A stretch of DNA of 64,000 nt from NCBI GenBank assembly GCA_905478195.1, contig CAJQHM010000001.1, positions 126-64,125 of the forward strand, written 5' to 3'. The notes under the pieces were generated by a model that was not told the DNA's origin, made no database searches, and worked only from the letters and a program-made list of their open reading frames with translations. The DNA is from an uncultured Pseudomonadales bacterium. GTDB taxonomy: Bacteria > Pseudomonadota > Gammaproteobacteria > Pseudomonadales > Pseudohongiellaceae. Positions 19,849-28,337 of this stretch are shown piece after piece; position 1 is the stretch's first letter, and each line of letters starts with the position of its first letter. Both the position numbers and the translations under genes were made by a program.

Positions 19849-20358
19849 ATGAAATTTAAGCAAAAATCACAGATATTAGCTTTTCTAGCACTTAGCGCAG
19901 CGAGCATGCTCGCCTCGGCTGTAGAAGAAGGTGATACCGCACCAATTTTCGACCTACCTTCGATTTACAGCGATCAGCCCGCAATTAGCACAGCCAGCCT
20001 AGAGGGAAAGACTGTTTATGTCGACTTCTGGGCCTCCTGGTGTGCTCCCTGCCTCACCTCGCTGCCTCTGTATAACGACATGTATCACAAGTACAAGGAT
20101 CAGGGCCTTGAAATAGTCGCCATCAATGTAGACAACCCAATCGAAGATGGCTTGGACTTCCTGGAAGATACGCCGCTAGACTTCTTGATTCCAGCAGATC
20201 CAGATGGTGATGCGGCCGAGTTGTTTGAGGTGATAGGCATGCCGACTTCCTACCTTATTCAACCCGATGGCACAGTGACCTTGGTCCATATGGGCTTTCG
20301 ATCTGGCGATATCGACATGATAGAGGAAGCAATTAAGGCCTCGCTGGCTGGCAACTAG
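19849..20358 (+). CDS. Exported TlpA/ResA-like thioredoxin
   Basis: Signal peptide, DFWASWCAPC, GMPTSY cis-Pro loop. Confidence 0.9.
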   Translation: MKFKQKSQILAFLALSAASMLASAVEEGDTAPIFDLPSIYSDQPAISTASLEGKTVYVDFWASWCAPCLTSLPLYNDMYHKYKDQGLEIVAINVDNPIEDGLDFLEDTPLDFLIPADPDGDAAELFEVIGMPTSYLIQPDGTVTLVHMGFRSGDIDMIEEAIKASLAGN

Positions 20359-20391
20359 TCAGCTGAGGCCGCAGAGCGGGAGGTAGTTTTC

Positions 20392-20610
20392 ATCAAACAA
20401 CTGCGTACGGCCTTACTGCTGCTATCTTGCAGCATTATTCCTATCTCCTGCGCTGACGTGCGAGCATGGGAGCGCGGCTATCTCGCCAGGGACGAAATGA
20501 CTTGGGATCCAGACCCTCTGGAGAGCGCCCTAAATGACCATATCTTCTTCAGTAAAGAAGCCTCCTCTGGCGGCAACAGCGCAGCTGGTGGCGGCTGCGG
20601 TTGCAACTAG
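20392..20610 (+). CDS. DUF4266-type small Cys-terminal lipoprotein (start codon uncertain)
   Basis: Not in ORF track. IKQLRTALLLLSCSIIPISCADVRAWERGYLARDEM...DHIFFSKEASSGGNSAAGGGCGCN*; GGAGG at 20379-20383 lies 8 nt before ATC at 20392. Confidence 0.8.
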   Translation: MKQLRTALLLLSCSIIPISCADVRAWERGYLARDEMTWDPDPLESALNDHIFFSKEASSGGNSAAGGGCGCN

Positions 20611-21782
20611 CCGCTCACGCAACCTTGAAGAATAGCGACTCTGCTAATATCATCGCCCTGTCTAGCACTGCTCTGGCACTGCCGGGCATAGCTCTGGCAG
20701 ATGCGCCTCCTACACAAAGCACAGCCTCTTATAAGTTATCCAACTATCAGGAAGACGATCTCTCACGCTCCGAGGTACCCTCTGGGGAATTGAATCGCTA
20801 CGACATTGACGTACACCAGTTTCAGCTGGTCGCGCCTATGGGGCGCAATATGTCTGTGCACGTTGATGCCAATTATGAATCATTGAGCGGTGCATCGCCC
20901 TGGTTTACTAGTGTAGGCCTTGATGGAAAGCCCGTGGTGAATCTAAGCGGTGCTAGCGGCATCAGCGACAGCCGCTCGGAGCTCAGCGTGGGAACTCGTT
21001 ACTATCTGGACAATGGCAGCTTCGCAGGCAACATCGGTTATTCCGAAGAAAACGACTACCGAGCCGTCTATTTCGGCCTCAACGGCGAGAGACACTATAA
21101 CGACGACCTAACTACACTCGCCGGGGGCTTCAGTTACTCATCAGACGACATCTTTCCCACAGATGCCGCACTCTTCAATCGAGTCCGTGATGAAGACAAA
21201 CGCAGCAGTTCTGTTTTTGTGTCTCTCACGCAAATCATTAACCAGGTATCCAGCTTTCAAACCGCCCTCAGCTTTACCGAACAATCGGGATTTCTAAGCG
21301 ACCCGTATAAATTAAGAGACGTACGTCCCGAAGACAAAACACAAATAGCCTGGAGCAATTCCTATAGAAGGTTTTTTGTAGCGGCGAATGCTGCACTGCA
21401 CGTTAACTACCGTTTCTACCATGATGATTTTGGCATTAAGTCTCACACCAGCGACGTTTCCTGGCACCAAAATCTAGGACGTCAGTTTCAAATTGTTCCC
21501 CAGTTGCGTTACTACAGCCAATCTGCCGCAGACTTCTTCACCAATGTCGACGATTTCCTGAATCCTCTAAGCGAATATCAGTCTAGCGATTACCGACTCT
21601 CAGCGTTCGGGGCTATTAGTGGTGGCTTTAGCCTTATTGCCGACATGGGCTCTTGGAAGGCAACACTCACAGCGGAACGCTATTTAGCTAACGATAAGTA
21701 TTCCGCCTATGATATTTCACAGCCAAGTACCGCCCTTGTTAAATATAATCGACTCTCTCTTGGCGTTGATTTTAGTTTCTAG
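20601..21782 (+). CDS. DUF3570 family exported protein (probable outer-membrane beta-barrel, ApbE substrate)
   Basis: Signal peptide, two SGAS motifs, GFLSDPY, YRFYHDDFGI, RYYSQSAADF, SSDYRLS, terminal F; overlaps the DUF4266 stop. Confidence 0.8.
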   Translation: MQLAAHATLKNSDSANIIALSSTALALPGIALADAPPTQSTASYKLSNYQEDDLSRSEVPSGELNRYDIDVHQFQLVAPMGRNMSVHVDANYESLSGASPWFTSVGLDGKPVVNLSGASGISDSRSELSVGTRYYLDNGSFAGNIGYSEENDYRAVYFGLNGERHYNDDLTTLAGGFSYSSDDIFPTDAALFNRVRDEDKRSSSVFVSLTQIINQVSSFQTALSFTEQSGFLSDPYKLRDVRPEDKTQIAWSNSYRRFFVAANAALHVNYRFYHDDFGIKSHTSDVSWHQNLGRQFQIVPQLRYYSQSAADFFTNVDDFLNPLSEYQSSDYRLSAFGAISGGFSLIADMGSWKATLTAERYLANDKYSAYDISQPSTALVKYNRLSLGVDFSF

Positions 21783-21845
21783 GCACTGCGCCGCCTTTAC
21801 GCAGCCGCTCCCCTCTAACAAACTAATTCGCTTCACTATTCGGCC

Positions 21846-22757
21846 ATGCACCTTTCTTTAAAAAGTTCCTCGTTCAAGGCTATGGGAAGTTTCTGTGAGA
21901 TCCAAATCTTTGCAGAATCGCGCATCGACGCGAAGAAAATATTGAGCCGATTGACTGAGGAAGTTGCTCGTCTGGAAAAGAAATATTCTCGCTTCAGAAA
22001 CGATAGTTTTCTAACTGAGATAAATCGATCAGCAGGTCGAAAACACGGTATTGAGATAGATAGTGAAACACAATCGCTGCTCGATCATGCAAAGAATTGC
22101 TATGAGACAAGCGACGGCCTATTCGATGTTACCGCAGCCACTCTAAGCCAAATCTGGGATTTTAAGAATGCACAGATACCGACCCAAGCGCAGATAGATG
22201 CCGCTCAAACAACGCTCGGCTTTCACAAGATCTCCTGGTCGGATTCACGCCTGCGCCTACCCCCAAACATGCAGATAGATTTTGGTGGAATCGTAAAAGA
22301 ATATGCGGCGGATTCAGTTGCCCGGTTGGCTCGCAATCTAGGTGTGAATAATGGCCTGGTGAACCTCGGTGGCGATTTCAGTGTTATCGGAGCGCAGCCG
22401 GACAACAGACCATGGAGTACAGGCATCATCGCCCCCGACCGCGAACGCGACATCATGGCCAAAATAGATCTCTTGCAGGGAGGGCTCGCGAGCAGCGGCG
22501 ACTACGAGCGCTTCTTCATGCATAAAGGCAAACGCTACAGCCATATAATGAACCCCTTTACAGGCTGGCCCTGCGCAGGACTAAGAGCCGTAAGTGTTGC
22601 TGCAAACTTGTGCACGGTTGCAGGTTCGGTTGCGACCATCGCCATGCTCAAAGATGAGATCGTCGCGAAACAATGGTTGTTGGATTCCGGGCTGCCTCAT
22701 GTCTATATGGACAGCAGACAAACTGTTGGCGGGACGGGAATAAATGCAAATAGCTAG
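21846..22757 (+). CDS. apbE: FAD:protein FMN transferase
   Basis: AMGS, SDGLFDVT, IDFGGIVKEYAAD, NLGGD, SSGDYER, YSHIMNP. Confidence 0.92.
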   Translation: MHLSLKSSSFKAMGSFCEIQIFAESRIDAKKILSRLTEEVARLEKKYSRFRNDSFLTEINRSAGRKHGIEIDSETQSLLDHAKNCYETSDGLFDVTAATLSQIWDFKNAQIPTQAQIDAAQTTLGFHKISWSDSRLRLPPNMQIDFGGIVKEYAADSVARLARNLGVNNGLVNLGGDFSVIGAQPDNRPWSTGIIAPDRERDIMAKIDLLQGGLASSGDYERFFMHKGKRYSHIMNPFTGWPCAGLRAVSVAANLCTVAGSVATIAMLKDEIVAKQWLLDSGLPHVYMDSRQTVGGTGINANS

Positions 22758-23743
22758 ATAAGGCGTAAGGCTGGCTCATCTAGCAGAGAGAACTGCTCTC
22801 TCAGCTCGAGTATGTGCTCCGCCCAATAGCGCTCGGTATTGAACCAGGGAAAGCTCATCGGAAAAGCTGGATCTTCCCAGCGGCGCGCAAGCCAGGCGCT
22901 ATAGTGCATCAGACGCAAGGTGCGCAAAGACTCTATCAGCTCAAGCTCCGACGCCCTGAAATCATAGAACTCGTTATAACCTTCCACCAGCTCCAGCAAC
23001 TGCGCCTGTCGCTGATTACGATCACCTGACAACATCATCCAGAGATCCTGAATGCCTGGACCCATTACCGTGTCGTCAAAATCTACAAAATTTGGCGTCT
23101 CGTCTTTCCACAACACGTTTCCGGGGTGACAGTCCCCGTGTATGCGTAATTTGCGCAACTCACCATGAGCCGAAAACCGTTGCTGAATTTTATCGATCAA
23201 ATCTTGAGATAGAGATTCATAGGCGGGCCGCAAGTCTTTAGGTAAGAAATTATTTTCCAGCAAGAACTGTCTGCTGTGCACTGCCAAACGCTCCACCGTA
23301 AGCTCAACTCGATGCTCGAAATCACGCAGTGCCCCAACGGCATGTATGCGACCAACAAAACGCCCCATCACTAGCAGGTTGTCCAAATTGTCTAACTCGG
23401 GAGGGCGTCCTAGGAACTGTTCGAAAACTGAAAACTGGAAATTTTTGTAGCCTAGAAGCGTGCCCGCGCTGCCGAACGCTATGGGTGGTACCACGGGAAT
23501 TTCCAGCTCGACTAGCTCAAGCGTATAGCTATGCTCTTCGAGTATCTGCGCAGTTGTCCAACGCCCTGGCCTGTAAAATTTTACGATTATTGAGGGCTTG
23601 CCGATTAAGCCTACCTGATAGACCCGGTTCTCATAACTATTGAGGGGAAATATACGCGCGTCGGTCTCAAAGCCAAGGCTCTCAACAGCTTCCAATACAG
23701 CGACAGGAGATAAATCGGCATAGGGATGGCTAGAAGACTCCAT
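22754..23743 (-). CDS. srkA: Stress response Ser/Thr kinase SrkA/RdoA
   Basis: LNSYENRVYQ, KFYRPGRW, HGDCHPGN, DFDD, RRWEDPAFP. Confidence 0.94.
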   Translation of the reverse strand: MESSSHPYADLSPVAVLEAVESLGFETDARIFPLNSYENRVYQVGLIGKPSIIVKFYRPGRWTTAQILEEHSYTLELVELEIPVVPPIAFGSAGTLLGYKNFQFSVFEQFLGRPPELDNLDNLLVMGRFVGRIHAVGALRDFEHRVELTVERLAVHSRQFLLENNFLPKDLRPAYESLSQDLIDKIQQRFSAHGELRKLRIHGDCHPGNVLWKDETPNFVDFDDTVMGPGIQDLWMMLSGDRNQRQAQLLELVEGYNEFYDFRASELELIESLRTLRLMHYSAWLARRWEDPAFPMSFPWFNTERYWAEHILELREQFSLLDEPALRLI

Positions 23744-23808
23744 CTATTGGGATACCACTAGGGGGTGTTTCAGACGAGCCGCACAGCTCAGGTGTAGGCC
23801 AGTTAACA

Positions 23809-24153
23809 TCAAGAATCTTTTCGGTCGGCCTTAGCACCCACAATCGAAACTGGAAAAGGAGAGACATTATCACCGCTGGAAATCTTGCTAACGCCGGTCT
23901 TCTCGACTTCATCGATTCGAATTATTGCCTGAATGGGAATAAAGCTTCTCTTAACGCCAGCAAATTCTGATTTAAGCTTCTCTTCTGAAGGATCTACCAC
24001 CAATTGTGATCTTTCATCGAACACATAATCCTCAATCTCGATGAAGCCATACAGGTCGCTCTGATAAACCTGTTTTACAAAAACTTCATACACCTTGCCC
24101 TTGTTGAGGAAGGTTATTTTGTAGATTTCTGAAGAATTTCCCATTGATATCAA
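23809..24153 (-). CDS. DUF1820 family protein
   Basis: IYKITFLNKGKVYE...VVDPSEEKLKSEF.GVKRSFIP. Confidence 0.8.
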   Translation of the reverse strand: MISMGNSSEIYKITFLNKGKVYEVFVKQVYQSDLYGFIEIEDYVFDERSQLVVDPSEEKLKSEFAGVKRSFIPIQAIIRIDEVEKTGVSKISSGDNVSPFPVSIVGAKADRKDS

Positions 24154-24313
24154 TCTCTTATCCTAAAACTACATAGTATTCGATGGGCTGCACCACTGTC
24201 TGTTCAGTGTTTGCTTTGCAGCGGGTATGAACGCGTAGAGCTAATATCAGGCTGCAACCGTGAATTTCAAGTCATTATGCGTCAAATCGTGGTTAAGTAC
24301 TGCTGATTTTTGC

Positions 24314-24322
24314 TGTTATAAT
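24314..24322 (+). promoter_or_regulatory. Extended -10 element upstream of miaB
   Basis: TG-T-TATAAT about 40 nt before GTG at 24362. Confidence 0.5.
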
Positions 24323-24361
24323 TCGCCCCCTTTTGAAAATAGCCTTCTAAACGGAATTACT

Positions 24362-25735
24362 GTGAAATTTGAACAGAACAGCATCGAGCCGGAAACAGCA
24401 AAAAGCTCTCCAAGCCAGACCAAGAAAGTCTTTATCAAGACCCATGGCTGCCAGATGAACGAGTACGATTCCGATCGCATGCTCGACCTACTCAAAGAAT
24501 CACAGCATGCAGAACTTGTCGATGATCCCGCGGATGCTGACCTGTTGCTGCTCAATACCTGCTCTATTCGCGAGAAGGCACAGGAGAAAGTGTTTCACCA
24601 ATTGGGCCGCTGGCGCAGCCTGAAGGAAGCCAAGCCCGGCATGAAGATCGCCGTCGGTGGCTGCGTGGCAAGTCAGGAAGGCGCAGCTATTGGCAAACGA
24701 GCACCTTATGTCGACGTGGTCTTCGGTCCCCAAACCCTGCACAAGCTGCCTGAAATGCTCGATGCCAGCGGCAATGGCCAACCAGTAGTAGACATCAGCT
24801 TTCCTGAGATTGAAAAGTTCGACCACCTTCCACAACCTGACGCGAGCTCCTGCCAGGCATTCCTAACGATCATGGAAGGTTGTAGCAAGTACTGTAGCTT
24901 CTGTGTAGTGCCCTACACCAGAGGTGAAGAGGTTAGCCGACCATTAGATGATGTCTTAGCGGAAGCTGTACATCTCGCCGATCAGGGCGTACGCGAGATC
25001 AATCTCCTGGGACAGAATGTAAATGCCTATAGGGGCCTAAGCCACGAGGGCGAGATTGTCGACCTGGCCACGCTTATTCAGTATATCTCTAGTATCGAAG
25101 GCATAGACCGCATTCGCTTCACCACGTCACATCCTATCGAGTTTTCGAGTTCTCTAATTAATGTCTACTCTCAGATTCCCGAGCTGGTCGATCATCTGCA
25201 TCTTCCCGTTCAGAGTGGTTCTGACAGAATTCTGGCGGCCATGAAACGCGGCCATACGGCACTGGAGTACAAATCCATAATTAGAAAGATTCGGGCTATC
25301 AGGCCAAACATCAGCCTCTCTTCCGATTTCATAGTGGGGTTTCCAGGGGAGTCAAACGCAGATTTCGAAGACACCATGAAGCTTATTATCGAAATAGGTT
25401 TTGATACCTCGTTCAGCTTCATCTATAGCGCCAGACCCGGCACTCCGGCGGCCGATCTAGTCGACCTCGTCCCTGCTCAGGAGAAGAAACACCGACTAGC
25501 CACACTGCAATCTCAGATAGTCAGTCACGCCAATGCGATCAGTGCCGCCATGGTAGGGACAGATCAACGCATCCTGGTAACTGGCAAGTCTAAAAAACAT
25601 GCCGGAGACCTTCAGGGGCGTACCGAAAACAACAGAGTAGTAAATTTCAAGAGTGACGATCATTCACTGATCGGCAACTTCGTTAGCTGCCGGATATCTG
25701 ACGCACTACCAAACTCTCTACTCGGCAGCATTTAG
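24362..25735 (+). CDS. miaB: tRNA-2-methylthio-N6-dimethylallyladenosine synthase
   Basis: GCQMNEYDS, radical [15 protein letters not shown] domain; start moved downstream of the promoter. Confidence 0.96.
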   Translation: MKFEQNSIEPETAKSSPSQTKKVFIKTHGCQMNEYDSDRMLDLLKESQHAELVDDPADADLLLLNTCSIREKAQEKVFHQLGRWRSLKEAKPGMKIAVGGCVASQEGAAIGKRAPYVDVVFGPQTLHKLPEMLDASGNGQPVVDISFPEIEKFDHLPQPDASSCQAFLTIMEGCSKYCSFCVVPYTRGEEVSRPLDDVLAEAVHLADQGVREINLLGQNVNAYRGLSHEGEIVDLATLIQYISSIEGIDRIRFTTSHPIEFSSSLINVYSQIPELVDHLHLPVQSGSDRILAAMKRGHTALEYKSIIRKIRAIRPNISLSSDFIVGFPGESNADFEDTMKLIIEIGFDTSFSFIYSARPGTPAADLVDLVPAQEKKHRLATLQSQIVSHANAISAAMVGTDQRILVTGKSKKHAGDLQGRTENNRVVNFKSDDHSLIGNFVSCRISDALPNSLLGSI

Positions 25736-25809
25736 CCGCTTGAGATAGAGCGAGTGCTTGCTATACTGAATACTCTCAACTTGCTACTTAGAGGTCTTTT
25801 TCCAACTGC

Positions 25810-26814
25810 ATGACAAATCACACCCTCAGTTTGACCCTGATTCCAGACAATGCGCAGCGACTCTCCAATCTTTGCGGGCGCCTGAATGAACACATACACC
25901 AAATAGAAAGCTTCCTTACGCTCAATATTCAACAGCGCGGCAATGTATTCCAGCTATCGGGAAGCGAGTCGGCGATTGCCGATGGAGGCCATATTCTTGA
26001 GTCTCTTTACCAGGATACTGCCCATGGCAATTTGTTGAACCCGAGCATGGTTCATCTAGCGCTGCAGGAAACCATGCCCTCAGAAGCCGACGGCAACGAT
26101 GGCGAAGTAGAGCAACTTTTTATAAAGACTCCGAAATCCTCGGTTAAGCCTAGGGGCAAACACCAAAGTGAATATGTGCGCAGCATTCACCAGCATGATA
26201 TCAATTTTGGCATAGGGCCTGCCGGCACCGGCAAGACTTACCTCGCCGTCGCCTGTGCGGTCGAAGCACTTCTCAAAGAGGAAGTTAACCGAGTATTACT
26301 GGTCAGGCCGGCCGTGGAAGCGGGTGAAAAGCTTGGCTTTCTCCCCGGCGATCTGGCGCAGAAAATCGACCCCTATCTGCGCCCTCTATATGATGCACTC
26401 TATGAAATGCTCGGTTTCGAAAAGGTAGCCAGGCTCATAGAAAAGAACGTAATCGAAGTCGCTCCACTAGCCTATATGCGCGGACGAACCCTAAACAACT
26501 CCTTTATCATTTTGGATGAGAGCCAGAACACTACGAGCTCACAAATGAAGATGTTCCTTACACGTATCGGCTTTGGCTCTACCGCGGTGATAACCGGCGA
26601 TGTTACTCAGATAGATTTACCAAAGGGAACCCGTTCCGGTTTAATCCATGTGAGTAAGGTGTTAGCTGGAATCAATGGAATAGGATTTACTTACTTCGAA
26701 GCAAAAGACGTAGTGCGTCATCGCCTCGTGCAGAAAATCGTCGAGGCCTACGACGAGTTCGATCGCAGCTCTGTTTCCACGCTTAACAGCAAGGATTCCG
26801 CACAAGATCAATGA
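25810..26814 (+). CDS. ybeZ: PhoH-like ATPase
   Basis: GPAGTGKT, RPAVEAGEKLGFLPG, MRGRT, DESQN. Confidence 0.94.
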   Translation: MTNHTLSLTLIPDNAQRLSNLCGRLNEHIHQIESFLTLNIQQRGNVFQLSGSESAIADGGHILESLYQDTAHGNLLNPSMVHLALQETMPSEADGNDGEVEQLFIKTPKSSVKPRGKHQSEYVRSIHQHDINFGIGPAGTGKTYLAVACAVEALLKEEVNRVLLVRPAVEAGEKLGFLPGDLAQKIDPYLRPLYDALYEMLGFEKVARLIEKNVIEVAPLAYMRGRTLNNSFIILDESQNTTSSQMKMFLTRIGFGSTAVITGDVTQIDLPKGTRSGLIHVSKVLAGINGIGFTYFEAKDVVRHRLVQKIVEAYDEFDRSSVSTLNSKDSAQDQ

Positions 26815-27284
26815 ACGTGACAGTTGATATCAGCAACGACTGCGGGCAGCACTGGGTACCAAGCCAGCAACAATGCGAGCAGTGGCTCAATTGCGGCCTC
26901 GAGGCTGCAGGCCATGGAGAACAATGCAGTATCAGCGTCAGCTTCATAGACTCTGCCGCCTCGCGGGCGCTCAATAATGATTACCGAGGCAATGACAAGC
27001 CAACCAACGTTCTGTCCTTCCCCGCCGACTTTCCTGTCCAGCTACGCGATCAAGTGGAGACTTTCCCATTGGGCGATATCGTTATATGCGCAGCCATTGT
27101 CGAGCTGGAAGCCAAGGCACAGAGCAAGGAACTCCTGGCGCACTGGATGCACCTGACCGTTCATGGCTTATTCCATCTATTGGGCTATCAGCACGACGAC
27201 GATACGAATGCGACTGAAATGGAAAAGCTAGAAATTAATACACTGGAAAGGCTTGGAATCTCCAACCCTTATTTGTTAGTGTGA
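26811..27284 (+). CDS. ybeY: rRNA maturation endoribonuclease YbeY
   Basis: PTNVLSF, HGLFHLLGYQH. Confidence 0.95.
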   Translation: MNVTVDISNDCGQHWVPSQQQCEQWLNCGLEAAGHGEQCSISVSFIDSAASRALNNDYRGNDKPTNVLSFPADFPVQLRDQVETFPLGDIVICAAIVELEAKAQSKELLAHWMHLTVHGLFHLLGYQHDDDTNATEMEKLEINTLERLGISNPYLLV

Positions 27285-27362
27285 TCACCAAGAGACAGCA
27301 CAGGTTACTGGTTTCATTGGCAATCCTAAACCAGCCCAACTCAGAAAAAGAGAACGTAGAGA

Positions 27363-28220
27363 ATGCCTGACGACCAATCTAGTATCGATCCTCGGCCCAG
27401 GTCTTGGATCGATAAAATTGCGCAAGTCTTTTCAGACGAGCCCACCGACACAAAAAGCCTTCTCGAACTAATTCGAAATGCAGAGCAGGATCAAGTGCTC
27501 GATGCCGATGCGCTCAGCATCATCGAGGGCGCACTTCAGGTCTCCAGCATGCAGGTGCGCGATATCATGATCCCAAGATCACAGGTGGTCACGGTTCCTG
27601 CGGTTCTCGCTGCAAATGACATCATAGAACTCATCATCAAGGCCTCGCACTCCAGATTTCCGGTTATCGGGGACAATGTAGACAATGTCATAGGCATACT
27701 TCTGGCCAAGGACCTGTTGCCATTGGCACTCAATACCGCAGCCGACAAATTCAAGATTAAAGATGTAATCCGCCCGGCTACCTTCGTGCCTGAAAGTAAG
27801 CGCCTCAACGTCTTGCTTAAAGAGTTTCGCGAGACGCGCCAGCATATGGCAATTGTGATCGATGAATACGGAAGCGTCTGCGGTGCAGTCACGATCGAAG
27901 ACGTGCTAGAACAAATTGTCGGCGAGATAGAAGACGAATACGATGTAGACGACGACAGCTACATTAAGAAATTCGATGAGCAGAACCATATCGTCAAGGC
28001 TCTGACTCCAGTCGACGAATTCAATGAATACTTTTCTACAGACTTTAGTGATCAGGAATTCACCACGGTAGGAGGACTAATACTGCAGCAGTTCGGACAT
28101 ATTCCCGAGCGCGGCGAGACAATCAGAATAGGTCCATTTCTAGTCACAATCTTGAATGCCGATAGCCGCCAGATAAAGCTAATCAAGGTCACTTCGACCA
28201 CAACGTCAGACCTAGGATAA
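27363..28220 (+). CDS. corC: CBS/CorC magnesium-cobalt efflux protein
   Basis: VRDIMIPR, HSRFPV, TIEDVLEQIVGEIEDE; ybeZYX synteny. Confidence 0.92.
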   Translation: MPDDQSSIDPRPRSWIDKIAQVFSDEPTDTKSLLELIRNAEQDQVLDADALSIIEGALQVSSMQVRDIMIPRSQVVTVPAVLAANDIIELIIKASHSRFPVIGDNVDNVIGILLAKDLLPLALNTAADKFKIKDVIRPATFVPESKRLNVLLKEFRETRQHMAIVIDEYGSVCGAVTIEDVLEQIVGEIEDEYDVDDDSYIKKFDEQNHIVKALTPVDEFNEYFSTDFSDQEFTTVGGLILQQFGHIPERGETIRIGPFLVTILNADSRQIKLIKVTSTTTSDLG

Positions 28221-28337
28221 GTATTTCTATAGAGTTTTTTAGCCCTCGCCACTACCTGTTAGCAGCGGTCTGCGGTATGCTTGCAGACCTCGCGACACCT
28301 TAAATAAATCCAGTTAATTCACATAGTTAGAGATCAG

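Noticed and set aside
12945..20358. Possible TAG recoding (TAG inside the pilin remnant; tlpA TAG in frame with DUF4266)
   Set aside because: Many intact core genes here (ilvH, clpB, bamD, nadE, miaB) end in TAG at the expected position, so genome-wide amber reassignment is not supported
24260..24361. Long N-terminal extension of MiaB in the ORF track
   Set aside because: Spans a TG-N-TATAAT promoter element; GTG at 24362 is more plausible. Similar over-extended starts were trimmed for clpB, rluD, nadE, ybeD, dacA and rodA
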